From assembly GCA_046563655.1 (NCBI GenBank), contig CM102286.1, positions 6,076,001 to 6,140,000 on the forward strand: a stretch of DNA of 64,000 nucleotides. Reading direction: 5' to 3'. Positions 61,772-64,000 of this stretch are shown here, one piece after another. How positions within the stretch are numbered: position 1 is the first letter of the stretch; the number at the start of each line of letters is the position of its first letter. The notes beneath the pieces are model-generated. The model worked only from the letters and a program-made list of their open reading frames with translations, was not told the DNA's origin and made no database searches. The position numbers and the translations under genes are program-made. Source of the stretch: Yuukianura sp. NJ FZ-2021. Taxonomy: Eukaryota.

Positions 61772-64000
61772 CTGTAATAAAAGAGAAAGAAATTTTAAAG
61801 TTTTTGGAAATTTTACAATCCATTTTATTCTAATTCTGGTTCACAATTCAACAACCACGCCCTAACCTGACATTTGAAATATTTGGGAATGTACAAATTG
61901 ATACAGTACAACTCCAAAAGTGGCAGTGCCAAGAGGATTCATTATTTTTTGATTGACAGAACATAGCATATGGAAGTGGACGGTCACACCTTAGCATAAA
62001 AGGAAACAATTCAAATAATCCTTCACCACTTCAAAACTTCAGTTCATTAATTTTTGGAATTTCGAAAAGAGCAGTTGTTTGAAATGTCGAAAATTCATAA
62101 TTGGAAGTCCTCTATTTAAAACAGAACAGAAATTACTGAACACGTAGAAAATTTAGAAGTTTCCTGCTTCTGAAATGAACGAACTTACTGTCTATAATTT
62201 TCCTAGTATAACAACAAAATGTGCATCTAAATTGAACTCAATTGAAGCACGTCTCTAAACGGATGTATTCTGGAACATCATAGACAACAAAAACAAAGGG
62301 ACTTGCGTTAAGCATGCGCAGGCTACAACGTAAAGGAATATAATGAAATGAATAATTCCATACAAAATGAGTCATGCGTAAACTTCAAACCGGAATTACT
62401 GTAATCATTAACACTTTGTCATGGATGCTGTTGGGATGCTTCAGAAGATATTACCTCTCTTTGTATGCTGTTCATCTTAAGTGGCGTAATTGGGGGAAAC
62501 AATAATTTTGCAATTTATCTCAAGTTTCAACCCTCCGGAGATCAAGTCAAGTTTTTAAGCGGTGATTTTTAAAACAACTTCGCAGAACTTTGCCTCAGAG
62601 GCAACGTTCTGCAAGAATGCGCCTGGTAGCTGGAACGAATTACTGGTTGTGTGAAAATGCATTTGGTTTGGTTTGAATTTTCAAGTTTTTTAAAACTTGA
62701 ACAGAATTTTGAAATTTATGTGGTGTTTAGTTTCTCTAGCCATAAGTTGACTTGAACGCCGACACTTAGAGGTATACCGGAAATTAAAAGTTGCCAAGCG
62801 TTGACGATTTATTTTGGTTTAAACTGCAAAACTGCGGAAATGTTTGAAAACTTTCCTTTCCGGATTTTCTTGCCTAAACTCCGCCTCTTTTGACAGGTAC
62901 TTTATTAGTAAATAATGGAAATTTAGTGCCAAAACAATTGTCATCCTATAAATTTAGGCGGCAATCAGGCATTTCAAAGTTCCAGTCAGAGTTCAAATTT
63001 CGGGCGCGCATGCTCTGCAGTAGCATGTTTGCATGTGGAATAATTTATAAGAGTATCACCTCCAGTTCATTGACTTCTAAATCTGAAATGCAACTGTGAG
63101 TAATTTGGCTTCAATATTTAAAAACTAAAGTGCATCACCTTGCACTTTTTAATTTGTTATCTTAATATGCTCGCTCAAAAAACATTTCGAAACCTAGTAA
63201 ATCACGCTTAATGGACTGAGTAGAGCTAGTATAATTTCGAAATCATTAAGAAAAAAATTTTTTAGACACTTCAATTTTAAACAAATTTTTCGGTAGGCGG
63301 TGTTTGTCTGCCAAGATTTTTGTTATTACAGGAATCCCCGCCGCCGCTTCCAGAAAACTTTTATTTATACTTCACCGCTGAAGGTGTTAAGAAAGTGGCC
63401 TGAGCTTGACAACTAACAATTTGGGAAGGTGAAGGAGACTTTCTCTGCATTCAAATGAGGTTCCTGCTTTAAAATTCTCCTTGATATTCAATTGACGAGG
63501 GTTTGTAGAGATGCAGAGATGGGCAAAATCGCAGGAACCCATACACTAACCTTGGGAAAGGAATGCTTCTTGAAGCACAAGTCCATGTCGGAGAGAAATT
63601 CTGGACATCCTTGGCCGGACAATATTCAACCACAGAGCTATGAACCGTCAAACTAACATACTAACATATATGTATAAGTTTCCGTCCATAAGTGCCCAGT
63701 TAGGGTCGGAGATCCTCTGAAGAATATCCCTTCAAATCAAACGTCTCATCAGAAATACAGGGTCCCGCCCATTTTTAACGCCTTTCCGCTCCATCTTCTC
63801 ATGCTTAACTAAAGGTTCCGTTCCCAAGGTTTAAAAAATTTGAAGGAAAATAAGCCAAAGTCATAAAAAGATGAAAATGGACTGAGAGGGGCCCTTAAGT
63901 ACTCAGCCTCAGAATGATTCCTTGCCTAAGATGGTTTTGGTGCAGTTATGAGCTAGGGTCTTCCATGATTACTTGGACTGCACTTACCCCATCAGATACC

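Overview
AT-rich eukaryotic (arthropod) genomic DNA with short GT-AG introns. The divergent chemoreceptor families suggest a springtail or other hexapod, but that is inference. Host genes, left to right: an intronless divergent ionotropic-receptor-like gene (842-3328) followed by a truncated 5' duplicate; a 3-exon gustatory-receptor-like 7TM gene; a Beat-family Ig gene (minus strand); a 7-exon RPA70-like two-OB-fold gene of which the ORF track shows only fragments; a small 4-exon membrane-protein gene; and most of a Robo1 gene (minus strand, 36.0-61.8 kb). Mobile DNA: a young Ty3/Gypsy-type LTR element (17230-23096), a DINE-1/Helentron-type non-autonomous element, and hAT-like, Tc1/mariner-like and other MITEs. 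The LTR element is the most striking system. It has apparently identical 365-bp LTRs, an intact gag, a -1 frameshift signal and a pol whose catalytic regions were removed by frame-preserving deletions. It also carries about 17 sense and 2 antisense hairpins with a conserved CNGDAGA loop on stems that differ in sequence but keep pairing. Other leads are the compact RPA70-like protein, a UGA-C readthrough candidate at the Robo1 stop, and a perfect IR1 (EcRE-type) site 5' of the Beat coding exons. All calls were made by eye with no database searches.
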